NCBI RefSeq assembly: GCF_037042905.1
Contig: NC_087261.1
Location: forward strand, 13,702,001 to 13,766,000
Length of the DNA stretch: 64,000 nt
Reading direction: 5' to 3'
From: Lytechinus pictus
Lineage: Eukaryota
How positions within the stretch are numbered: the first letter of the stretch is position 1; each line of letters begins with the position of its first letter. The notes under the pieces are model-generated. The model did no database searches and had not been told where the DNA came from. It saw nothing but the letters and a program-made list of their open reading frames with translations. Both the position numbers and the translations under genes were made by a program. This document shows, piece after piece, positions 33,742 through 45,969 of the stretch.

Positions 33742-36431
33742 ACCGTTTGAGAACAATAATGTGTTAATACCATACTCGTACTAAATCGGGGAGGGGGTGC
33801 TGTCTAATAATTTCTATTTTTTAAAGTTGTCAAGCGCACGTACACTTGACAAAATTGAAGAGGTTTAGACTTGGACAATTATAGGGCGCCTGCGGAATCG
33901 CACAATAAATGATAATAAAATAAACATGATCACGATATATCACGAAGTCGTACGTTGTTGAATATACGATGAGTTTATATGGACTCCATACGATCATCGT
34001 AGACCAAATTTGCGCCAAGTGTAGTATTTCTTCGTAGTATATTCTTGTTGGATCTGTTTACGCGTATATACTTATATAAACATGGTCACATGTGTCGTTC
34101 ATATGAACTAAAACACTGCATGCAGAGTTAAGCTCATAATTTAGCAACTTTACAATGTATATATTGTTACCATGGGAACTTAATAACTTGGTATGCTTGG
34201 TTCACGTTGTTATTTCTTCTTCAAGATCACCATTCTAAAACTCTTCTTGAATTCTTAAATTTATGATATATCATTGTTTGAAGGTTAACATGCATGGTGA
34301 ATTTACTACTTCTTTTTTTTTGCAAAATGACTTCGCTAACTCTTGTTTTTTCTGTTATTATGGCTTCTTGTACACACATTATAAAATTGTTATTCATTTT
34401 CGCTGCAGTGATAGACAGAGGAGAAATTCATTTTTAAGTGACATATTAACTGAACGAAAAAATAATCATATACAATATTTTGTTTTCACTCGATATTGTA
34501 TGACATTTTGAGAAAGAAACACGCATATATCTGTTATTGTGTAGACCTGTGTATACATACATCATGTAATATATTGGACTTTGTCATGTCATCTTTATTA
34601 TATTTTGGAAACGTGAAACGAAAAAAAAAATGAAATCTAGATATCTATGACACAAAATATATCACATTTACACATCAGTTGACGTCATGGAACCGACAAA
34701 ATCCTGTATTCTCTTTACCCATCATACCAACAAACAATAATTTTCCATGTCATGATGCAGTCATAACAACCGAATCTAAAAACGACCGACGCTATGTTGG
34801 TGGAAATAACGTATTGGTTTTGATCGGTCTGTACACTCAAATTTTCAAGGGTTTAAATAAATCCAAATCGGCTCTGAACAGTGAATATACCGAATATTGG
34901 ATCTATATACAATCCTAACGATTTAACTTTTAAATCTCAAAAGATTTAAAACCATTTTTAAAGCGTTTTGTTCAAATCCACAAGGTTTTAATCTAAATAT
35001 ATTATTCGACTGGTAACTATTAACAGCCGATATGGAGTTATTTTAAATCCTTGAAATTTAGAGTGTAGTAGGGTTCATGGTGTGACTACCCATAATGGAA
35101 TAATCACAAATCAGCATTATTGATTCAATTATTCAACATAGACTACTAAAAAAATGTAAGTGATAAGTTATTATTCACATAAACTTGTCAAAGCAGCACT
35201 GCTTAAATAGGAATGAGAAGAAGTGAAATTTATTTCACAGAGCCGTGTGAACGATTTTTTTTACTGAGGGTGCTGATGTAAATTTGGAAAGCAAGAAAAA
35301 AAAGGTTTTCACTTAAAAAAATTGAAATCATTTTTTTCCCTAGAAATTTGACAAGCCAAAAAAAAAGGGTTTTCAATACAAAATTAAGCTAACTTTGGTT
35401 AAAATCCTGAATTCTTACACATCTTCCACAAAACCTGGGGGTGCTGCTCCCCAAGGAATCTTTTTTTGTGTGTGCTTCATTGTCCCCAGCAGGAGCCTCG
35501 CTTCCCAGGGCCATGTTATATCAATTCTTAATATTATCACTACGGATAATCTCTAGTAAATGAAACTACCCTGGCGTGCATGAAGTAGTAGTAGGCCTAT
35601 ATAACATATTTTCAGTAAAAGCCCTGGTTTTACATTGTGAGACACACCTACTCGACTTTAAATCCTAGTAGATATCCTTTAAAAAAAGACATAGAAAAGA
35701 AAAAGAAAAAAAGAAAGAAATATTTGAATTTTACTTTATTCATTTACTTTTTTTCAAAGAAAACAAACGTTAATAATATAATATTTATGATGGCGAAAAT
35801 AGTCAAATTATGCCTAATAAAAAGAAGAACCCCCCCCCCCCCTGTAGTTCACGTCATCTGACAGTACAACTTGGAGGATGGAAGCTCACAAAAAAAAAAT
35901 AGTCTCTGGTCCTATGTAAGGAGTAACTTTGCCTGTGTGGTCATAAATAGTGTGAATCAGACGTAGACGTACGATACACTCGAAAGGATTTTCATGTTCA
36001 GTATTGAAATGTTCAAAGAAAAAAAAATGTATAATTGGTGCCTCGATACCTCATGTATTTTCCCATACCTATGAATTGCACGGACATTTTTTTTCAAAAA
36101 TGGGTTTGAAAAAAAAAAACCAGGAACATACATTATTTCATTCCAAGTAGATGTCTAATGAACCTGCTGTATGTATTCAAAACGCTTGTGGAACTGTAAA
36201 TTCAAGTGATGATTGTGTTTCTAGAATATGTACATGATGTATCTTGTATTATTAATTTGGGGAAAATCTCTGAGTTTATTAACACTGCACCAAATAAATT
36301 ATTTCTGGATCACAATGATTGAACGACATTTGCTTCTAAAGTGCCACAAAATAAAGATCACCTTTCCCCAAATGCACTCTGTGTAGATTATTTTGCTGTA
36401 CCTTTCATGTCATGATATATGATAATGGGTG

Positions 36432-36674
36432 CACTGCAAAAACTCCGGTGTTGATTTAACACCAGCCCGGAATCTATCTATGTCCACACCATACAAGTGT
36501 TAAACAACACCAATTTCGTTTTGGTCTTACACCAGAAAGGTGTTTATACAACACCCATTAGTATTAAAACAGCATCGGTTTTATTCCAAACTGGTGTTGT
36601 TTCAAAAACTTCTCTGGTGTGGACATATATAGATTCCGGGCTGGTGTTAAATCAACACCGGAGTTTTTGCAGTG
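36432..36674. mobile_element. CACTA/EnSpm-like MITE, recent
   Basis: Near-perfect TIR of at least 45 bp, CACTGCAAAAACTCCGGTGTTGATTTAACACCAGCCCGGAATCTAT; TG TSD shown by the empty site AATGGGTGTGATGG at 27331. Confidence 0.9.
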
Positions 36675-38878
36675 TGTGATGGTGATTTTTTTGTGTAAAT
36701 CTTTGTATTATTTGTGATTGCCGGTAGATAATTGATTAAAGCAAAAAAGGGCTAAATGATCCTAGGGGATTTGTATGTGTTTTATTTAGGACAAGGTTTA
36801 TAGTAAGCCTTGTGGAATCACACACATCATGGTAATAATGTTTGTATGTCATTTGCCTTTAAATTAATTTTGAAAGTAAGAATGAGAATCGGACACGACT
36901 TGATGCATACAGGTTGAACACTGAGAAGAGAAGGATAGAGGCAACGAGGGAGAGACACATGGAAGAGGGAGACAGAGAAGGAGAAAGGAGAGAGAGAGAG
37001 AGAGACAGGGCGAGGAAGAAAGGGGGAAGAAAGAAAGAGATCAACAGAGATGCCGGGAGAGAGATATACCGGGAGAGCACAAAATAAATTTGTAAGTTGG
37101 TATTGGAAGTGATTTGCCTTTCAAGAACGACATGATCGTGTTAAGCGAATAGAGAAAATGAGAGAGAGCCATAGACAAACCTTTTATCGATAAAAAGAAT
37201 ATATAAAAAGTATTAACTGCAAAGACTTTAATGAGAAGAAAGAAAGACAAACATGTTTTTTCATTTATTCATTTCAGTTTCGTTATTCAGTTTTTTATTT
37301 ATTCATTTTTTTATTTTTATTCATTTAACTATTCATATTTTTTTTTTTGGGGGGGTAAACATTCTCGGGGCCCAGCCAATACGAGTGATTTATCTCAAGC
37401 CACAAATATTCGGCAACACCTTACTAATATTTTTTCCAGGGGCTATTAAAGTAGACATGAGAAGACGATCACAAAAACTGAGATTTACATATCAATAGAA
37501 AGGTTTCAACCCTGTATCTAACTCCATCCAGGTAACAAATAAAAAAGAAAATAACAAATTTAACCAACGAAACGCCACCAAAATCTGAAAGCTGGAAACG
37601 TAATTTCACGGAGAAAGGGTCGTTCAGGTGACGTCATGTCATGGTGTTTCTGAGTTGTGTACATGCACTTCAAAAACCCACGATCTCTCCCAACAGCAGA
37701 GCTTACATATATTTTGCGCTGGAAACATGGATATTTCTAAGATTTTTTACTTTATTCAGAGGAAAAACAAGGAAGCGATATGCAATGGTTATTTCTTTGT
37801 ATATCATCACAAAGATCGAAATATTAGCTGAGGGAATAAAAAGGGATACAAGGTTAGGTTACACAAAAGTAGCCTATGTACGGCGAATGAGGGACTTGGG
37901 AAGAAGGGCTAGTGTCTATAGTTAACTGATGTCTTAACTGCGATCATTTTTTTTTTATCATGTGTGGCTGCCTATATCACAAAACAGGCTTCATGCATAT
38001 TTTGAAAATAATCTTCATAATAATAGGCCGAATAACTCGAGTTTTAGCCAAGTTTTCCTGTCTGTTGATTCTTAGCTGACGACGTTTTTGTGATTGAATG
38101 TACTCTTCTGCAAGTGATGCGGCTTTTACCAGACTGAAGCATTGTAGAATCGTTTGCGAACAGTGACAGTTTGCTTTGCACAAACTCCGCTAAATATTTC
38201 TACTTAAAGTGAACTCCCAGGTACGTCGACCTTCATTTAATTTGTATACCAATAAGTGATTAAGACGTGGATGTACAAGGGATAAGTAACTTATGGGAGA
38301 CCGGACCCCCGAACAACCTCTTATCTTCCACGTAACCAATGTGCCTGTGTGTATATGGAGCTATATATGTAGCACGCAACCGCGTGTGCTACCGCGAAAA
38401 ATAACAACGACCGGGGAAGCATTTGAATAAACCCATCGTATAAACGTAGTCACTCACATCTCACAAATCTAAGTCAACAAAATGTTATTCACAATGTGAA
38501 CTACATTAATATGAACAATCGTACATAGGCTTTTGGGTTATATAGCTTTTAAAATTACAAAGTTTTTTTTGACACATTACAAAGTTTCTTCACATAGTTT
38601 TCTGTGCACAGCCGGTGACTAAAGGCATGATGTGACGTCACACGATCGAACTAATCCATTTACGATGCAGAGTTTCACGCTCATGGAACTCAAGTGGTAT
38701 TTCTGTGGTACTACACAATACAACAGACAATACCACATGGATAATAAGACTGGGGCTGAATCAGCCCCCCCCCCCCCCCGCCTCGACATTTTTCGTGATA
38801 GATCCGCCACGCCCATGTTTTTGACCGCGTCGCTCCCTGACTTTCTATTTTCAAGTCTTGCTCAACTTTTAAAACCAA

Positions 38879-39815
38879 AGACGTTCCACAGTTATGTTTG
38901 TGCTTATTATGATCTGCGCATATTTTACACTCTGCTCGCTGACGTCACAATGGATGAACAGGTGATTAATTAGCTGTGGGTATGAACTGATTTTTCTCAT
39001 CATCTGCACTCTAACTGCAGATCAGATGCGTTATTTTATGAAGCTAAAAAACTTTAATTATTCCATGGACCATTTAAAAAAAACATCTCTACAATTTTAA
39101 AATACTTTACTCTGCAGTGCTGCCAAAAATCACGAATATGACCCCGAGTTTGAATAGATGGTAAAGTGGTTTTGATTTTTTCTTCTCATAGATACAAAGC
39201 ATTTGGCGCATTTTTGGTGTTTTAAAAAGCACATTTGCTCTAATGAAAATGCTGATAGTTTGAAAACAAGCACATGAAGCCCTATTTTTTTATGTTTGCA
39301 CCTCTTAGGTATACCTTCCTCTGCAACTTTGCACATTTTGGTGAAAATGACATGGATTTTGAATAAAGTGCAGCATTTATTGTACTTTTGTAGTTTGTTA
39401 TTGAAATTTCACTTTTTTGAGATTGGGTTTTTGTTATGTTTTACGCCATTTTTAAGAACTGACAGTGCTGTTAGACTCAAAATTGCAAACAAATAGCACT
39501 ATAAATAGATTCTCCATTCTAACGATACACTTATTAACTCTCTTGCGAAATTTGATGACTTTTTCATGTATTTTGACTGAGTAATAGAGGTTTAAACTCA
39601 TTGTAGTGATCTTGCGAGGTCTAAAAATGCCAAATTCTTTTGAATGCGCAATCCGTAAGAACATTCATTCGGGTGAACTTTGAAGCTCCATAGCAAAAAA
39701 TCAAGCACATGGACCTATGTTAATTTTTGCATATTTCGAATATTCAGGTTCTAAAGTATCTATGTGCAAAGTTTGGTGAAAATGACATGAATTTCATTTT
39801 AACTGTGGAACGTCC
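38879..39815. mobile_element. 0.94-kb TIR element, possibly Mutator-like, nested in another MITE
   Basis: (A/G)GACGTTCCACAGTTA TIR; duplicated TTAAAACCAA (8-10 bp depending on boundary); empty site TTAAGACCAA at about 28850. Confidence 0.8.
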
Positions 39816-40853
39816 TTAAAACCAAAATTGCGAGTCCCGGGTACGCGGTTCTAAAATTACGTAATGTTTTGTGAGTGCATGCATATAACAAATTGCTCAA
39901 AAATGTAAATTCGTGTACAAATCCAATGCAAATAGTGTTTTTAGCCAAAATTCATAAATGTGTCATTATTTTTCTTTTTACTGATTAAATTCAGTTGATT
40001 TCATCTTGTATGTGGTCAAAATAAAGTCCCCGACAATTTCCGGCAATAAAGGAATAAAAAACTAAGAGTTGAAAAAACAAAGAAAAATATAAGAAATTGA
40101 GAAAACAATAAAATACATAAGAAAATAAATGCGATGTTTAATTTTTTTAAGTACATTTGATCAAATTCATATTAATAGTCTGTGAACCAAAAAATAGCAT
40201 TTTAGGTGCATTATTAAGTTAATTAGAGCAAACTTTCGATTTTATGCATGACTTAGTATAATTCGATAGCAATGATATTTTGGCAAAATTTGATATTATA
40301 TTTTTGTAAATTATGCTATGGGTAACGTGCGTACCAATTTTCATCACGATCGCCCGATCGACGTCCGAGATTTAAATTTCATGGCATACGAAATTATTTA
40401 TTTAGGGCATTGTCTGATACCTATTCGTGTTTGTGACAATAAAGCTAAGTCTTTGGGGCTACCCCAAAAACAAATTCATTAATGAACGATATTACGAATG
40501 GGGAGGGGCGACGAATGTTATCAATATAATCCGGACTTTAATAGCAGCAAAATTTGAAAGTCTATCCTCTGTCACATGCAATTAAAGGAGCTGCAGTCGG
40601 AAAGGTTTTGTGGAAGTCCAAAGATGAGTAGAGAAGAAGCCTATCAGAGTTCCGTCGTCTCTGAAGTCGGTCTAAGTCCTTCTGGCCAGGACCAGTCTGG
40701 AAAGAGCAAATGCCCTGACAACAGTAGCTTGGCATGTTTGCTTCTCAATGAAAGTCTAACTCTCCAGAGGTTACGATCTGTGATACTTGACGTTTAGTCT
40801 GCAGAAGGCTCCATAGATTAGTCCATTTCTCAATGATTGCCAGTCTAACATTA

Positions 40854-40956
40854 TATGAGGTAAACTCGGTTATCAACATTTTCGGTTACTGAAAACTAAA
40901 TAGACGTTTTTGGAAGGATTGTCAAGATTTCTTGCCAAGATCAGGTGAATGATCTG
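40854..40956 (+). pseudogene. Second 5'-truncated type-A GPCR pseudogene tail
   Basis: Same fragment as 30063-30165 with the same TGA (40890) and the same LINE junction. Confidence 0.88.
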
Positions 40957-43183
40957 GAATTGAAAAAAAAAATAAGTGCGAAACACGAAAGAGTAAAGCA
41001 CAATCACGAACAGACGAGCAGTTGTGTAGTGCTCACTAATTATCGTTTTGAAACAGTCATTTTGAGGATGTACATGTCCACTAATATTCCTAAATGATTG
41101 TTGTACAGCGTTTGAGGTATTTTGCGTATATTTGCTGATTGGCTTTTTTTCCTAGTGTATATAGTTCTTTGACCATATTCATCACAAAATCTATTGTCAA
41201 GCACTCGTCTCTCTCTTCTCCCTCTCTTCCCCTTCGTCTCCCCATCTCTCTCTCACACACACACACTCTCTTAATAATGTCATTTCGATTTTTTTTCAGG
41301 TGTGACTGTCCAAAATATTCAATATATTAACCACCGTCCACCCTCCTTCCTCAATCAACTCATTTGAATTATCAATTACCTTAGCGTTTCAATTATTTTA
41401 GATTTTCCCCCAACTTTCTGTCGAGCAAAACTGCAGTTACAAACATTTTTTTTTTATTAAAAGATACAAATCTTTGCAACCAATGTTCTTGCTTCGATGG
41501 TAATCTGAAATGTCTCATTGTAAAAGCAACGAGTCATGATATCAAATTGCATTTACCACTGGCAGATGAATAACTCATCTATTTTTTTTGCACGGTCGAA
41601 TACCTCATAAAAGAAATAATTCCTATTCTAATGCATTTATGTAATCCTCGTATTAGGCCAACACGACTTTGATATGAAATATTCTATTCTTTTATATTAA
41701 TGGGTCTTTGATTTTTTTTCTTGATTTGGAGTCCGAGGATTAGGATCGCAAAACGCCATTAAATTCTCTTTTCATGATAATTTTTTTTTGTACAATACTG
41801 AATACAATAATGAATGTAAGAATAATGGACTGCGAATTAAATCAGGTAGAATAGTGGAAAACAACAAAAAATCGAATTAAAACAGATATGCCCTTTATTT
41901 AATTTTTACAATGTCTCTGATGTCACATTTTAATGATATACATTTTAATTCTTTCAAGTGTTTTTGTGAGTAATGTCCTTCTTTGTTTGTATAATGGAAT
42001 TTTCTTATTCCTAATGTAGCTCCAAGTCAAAGAAATTAGAGATTTGTTTTCTTAATTTTAGGAACAATGAAATATAGTCCATTAATGGAAAGTCCCTAAT
42101 GGCTTTTGCATTCATAAAAAAATTGAAGGGATTACGTTACAAAATCCAGAAATAAAATATGCAGTGGAAGTTATCTGGTAGCATCTTCATCAAAGGAACT
42201 TCTTCGATTCCTGAGAACACTTGCTAATGCTTGGGTCATATTGTACTTTTTATTATAATGAAGAAAGGGGCAACTCCGGGTTAATATCACAGAACGCGGT
42301 ACTCCCGGGGAGTTTGTATTAAAAGGAAGAAGAGGCAAGGTGACCCGAGGGTGACGCCATTGTTTTATTACAGTCGCACCAACAAACCGTGTCTGAACCA
42401 CTGATCGCTGGACCAGTGCTCTGGGCGGACCAAAGATTATTCCGAATGGCAGGCATATCATTGGTTGACCTGGAGTAGGTTTCGTTGGCGTGAGTGTGAC
42501 TGTAGAATAAGGGTCATAATCAACTACATAGCCAAATACTCTTCTTTCTTTATTCAATCTTACATTTTCTATTCTTCTTCATTTTTCCACTTGAAAAAAT
42601 CACAGCTACACTGACTAAAAAACAATGCTGATTGCAAGCAAAGATTCATTTAAAGTTTGAAAGAAAAGCAAAGTCGAGTTAAAAATATACTGGTAATGAT
42701 ATTTCTTAAAGCATTTGCTTTATTCAATTCTTTATATATACTTAATGAACTATGCCTGTTGTACTTTTAGCAATTTATATCTATGCTACAAATGTGATAA
42801 AGAATACATTGCAAAGGAGGATGTGATAGGCCGAGAGGACAAGCAATTACGTCACTGATGTTCTTTCTTCAGCCAACATCAAACAAAGGTACAGAGGGAT
42901 GGTGTTCCAGCGATATCTTCTGTGCCATGAACGTTTCTCAGTCCCCACCAATTATATAAACTGATCTCTTTTAAATCAGGTTGAATTGGACGTTTTGAAA
43001 TCCATTCAGAGATTATCCAACTGGTGTGCACATATAAAGCACTTACTTCGTGTACGATACACCCCATCTTCGAGCGATTCTAGGAGTTGATCAGCCATAG
43101 CCCCAACCACTCATCTACCAAAGGAACAAAGGAGCAAACGGCGCATCCTGATTGATTGCTCCAGAGAAGCACCTGAATCGAAC

Positions 43184-44482
43184 ATGGCCATCATTCGGAG
43201 CGTCTTTTATGCTTTTTATGCAATCATATTCGCCATCGGACTGCCAAGCAATATGGTCATTTTGGCGGTGTACGCTGCAAAGAGGAAAAAGAACGGAACA
43301 GATGTATTCATCATGGGCCTGTCTATCACCGATTTACTCTCCTCGATGATATGCCTGCTTAAATTCAAGGTATGGGTCGCCAGTGACATCTTTTGCAAAA
43401 TCAAATGGTTTATTGACGGATCGTTTATAGGTCATCAGTGGATGATGACAGTAGCTATTAGCATTGACCGTTACTTAGCGGTGTGTTTTCCCGTTCACCG
43501 TCGGCCGAAGGTTCGTCAAGCCATCATCATTGTCGCCATCGCTTATATGTTAACTTTTACGACGATGATACCATGTATTCCGGCGATACATTACGTTGAA
43601 CTCATCGAAGACTGCATGTACAGGTCAGACCTCGAATGGTTCAAAAAGTTTGATAAATACTTTGGACAAGGGTACATCATTAGCATTATCTGCACGTCAT
43701 CCTTATTCTATTGTCGGACCATTTTTGCCCTTCGTCGCCTGTCAAAGGTTCACGCAAGACTTGTTGGCAATCCATCTAGCAAATCGGCACTTCCAAGTGC
43801 CTCTAAGAATTCTTTGCACCTTGCACAAACCAATATCAACAACTCTGGAGAGACCGCATCATGTGAACGGATACCTAATCAGAAATCAGATGTTGATATT
43901 GGGCTTGGCAAGCCCAACCACCAAACAGATCAACCAACTGTTTACCCGGTTCCGGGAAGCACTTTATCTGGATGCATCGATACATCTTTGAACATCCCGC
44001 CAAAAGAAGCATCTCTGCTTGCAACTACAAACGAGTCCTCTACAAGTCAAGGATCACAATGCAATCTGGAAACCGTCTCTGGCAAACATATTGATGTGCC
44101 TGGTCCTACCACTTCGACAGGTTCAGCATCGGTGGTCCCCAACGCTCCATCATCACAGATGGCAATAGACCGTGGTGATCAGAATGACAAAAAAGACAGC
44201 CGTCTGTCAGAAAAGAAATTGACGGCAACACTCTGTGTCATTACCAGTATTCAGCTCATGAGCATGATACCGTTAGTCATCGGTAGATATATACCCATTG
44301 AAACGCGGCAAGCATTCATGAGCAGATCTAACGCACATCATACCATTTATGCCATTATCTTTCGCCTGTATGAAGTCAACTCGTTCATCAATGTGTTTGT
44401 TTATTGGCGATTGAACAAGGTTTTCCGTCACGATTGTAAAGTTGTATTCGGACGCATTTGGCAGGTAGTCTTCAACAAGTAG
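43184..44482 (+). CDS. Intronless class A orphan GPCR, type B copy 3, 432 aa
   Basis: 7TM, IDRYLAVCFP, NSFINVFVYW; intact ORF. Confidence 0.95.
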   Translation: MAIIRSVFYAFYAIIFAIGLPSNMVILAVYAAKRKKNGTDVFIMGLSITDLLSSMICLLKFKVWVASDIFCKIKWFIDGSFIGHQWMMTVAISIDRYLAVCFPVHRRPKVRQAIIIVAIAYMLTFTTMIPCIPAIHYVELIEDCMYRSDLEWFKKFDKYFGQGYIISIICTSSLFYCRTIFALRRLSKVHARLVGNPSSKSALPSASKNSLHLAQTNINNSGETASCERIPNQKSDVDIGLGKPNHQTDQPTVYPVPGSTLSGCIDTSLNIPPKEASLLATTNESSTSQGSQCNLETVSGKHIDVPGPTTSTGSASVVPNAPSSQMAIDRGDQNDKKDSRLSEKKLTATLCVITSIQLMSMIPLVIGRYIPIETRQAFMSRSNAHHTIYAIIFRLYEVNSFINVFVYWRLNKVFRHDCKVVFGRIWQVVFNK

Positions 44483-45087
44483 GCCGTTGGAGTATAATTG
44501 TATCGACACTATACCAGACTCCTCGGTCGGCCTACCCCTGCAATGGCCGTAAGACGCCATTTGCGATATAAAGTCTAGTATTTAACAAAATCGTAGAGGT
44601 TTCTACTTTGTTCAGTTCAGTTCAGTTCAATTCATTTATTTTCTCAGCATAAAAGAAAAATATATATATACAATATGTACATGAATGACAAATAATATCA
44701 GAGAAAATTGGAAACTACAGAAAAGTTTATAAATACTTGAACAAGTCTAGGGTGTTCGCGGAATCGTATGATAACCATACAATCAAAGTTTGTCGCTCTC
44801 GCGAGGTCGTATGATCGAGATGATGTTGAAAATGCGATTAGTTTAAGGACTCCGTACGATCATCGTAAGCCAAGCTTGCCCCACGCTTATTTTTTGTCTT
44901 TATAGTATATTCTATTGTTGTTGTTCTAATGATATAAGATCGAGAAATGAATACTCCTTGTAGGATTTCTTTATGCGTATGTAAGTAAGGATCAGGAATC
45001 GTTCCTATACACTACAAAACGTGCTCAGTAGAAGCTCATAATTTTGCAACGTTACAATGTATATATATCAGCATCATAGGAGCTTAA

Positions 45088-45691
45088 AGGACAAGTCCAC
45101 CCCAACGAAAAGTTGATTTGAATAAAAAGAGAAAAACCCAACAAGCATAACGCTGAAAATTTCATCATAATCGGATGTAAAATAAGAAAGTTATGACATT
45201 TTAAAGTTTTGCTTAATTTCCAAAACAGATACATGCACATCCTGTTCGGTATGCAAATGAGGAGACTGATGACGTCATCCACTCACTATTTCTTTTGTAT
45301 TTTATAATATGAAATATGAAATATTCTTATTTTCTCCTCATTGTCAAGTGAAACAACGGTTAATTTCTCCCTGAACATGTGGAATTAGCATTGCTCAAGA
45401 CTGTATGGTTCACTCAAGTTGGTCCTCATTGTCAAATCCATAAAAAAAATGAAATATTGTATGATTCAAACAATAGAAAACAAAAGAAATAGTGAGTGAA
45501 GGACATCATCGACTGTCTCATTTGCATGTCACTGAATTGTGCATATCATTGTTTTGTGAAAAATTAGCGAAACTTTAAAATGTCATAACTTTCTTATTTT
45601 ACATCCGATTTTGATAAATTTTTCAGCATTATGCTAGTTTGATTTTTCTCTATTTATTCAAATGAGCATTTTACTGGGGTGGACTTGACCT
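45088..45691. mobile_element. Kolobok-like MITE
   Basis: TTAA|AGGACAAGTCCACCCC ... GGGGTGGACTTGACCT|TTAA; single TTAA at the paralogous empty sites (GGAACTTAATAACTTGG at 23525 and 34175). Confidence 0.88.
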
Positions 45692-45969
45692 TTAATAACT
45701 CGGTAGGCCTGGTGCAAATTTTTTTAAATCCAAAATCACCTTTTTAAATCTCTTGTTGAATTCATCCAAAATTCTGGGATTTATGATGATCAAGTATTCT
45801 TCAGTTACACTTCTGTAATTAAGGAATTCAAAGAGAATCTCCCATTGGACATTATTTTGTAACATTCACACATATGGTACAAACTCTAGGAGGCCGTAGA
45901 AAGAACTCTATTACACGCGATAAGCAACCATTCAGTATCATCATCATCTTCTTCTTCGAATCTTCAGCT

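Noticed and set aside
42171-42557. 128-aa minus-strand ORF also seen at 31426-31716
   Set aside because: Similarity reflects the recent duplication; the frame is not kept in the older paralog at 20.2-20.7 kb, which also has a MITE insertion; no recognisable domain.
17671-44560. Short overlapping and antisense ORFs within the GPCR genes
   Set aside because: By-products of the receptor reading frames, repeated only because the genes are paralogous.
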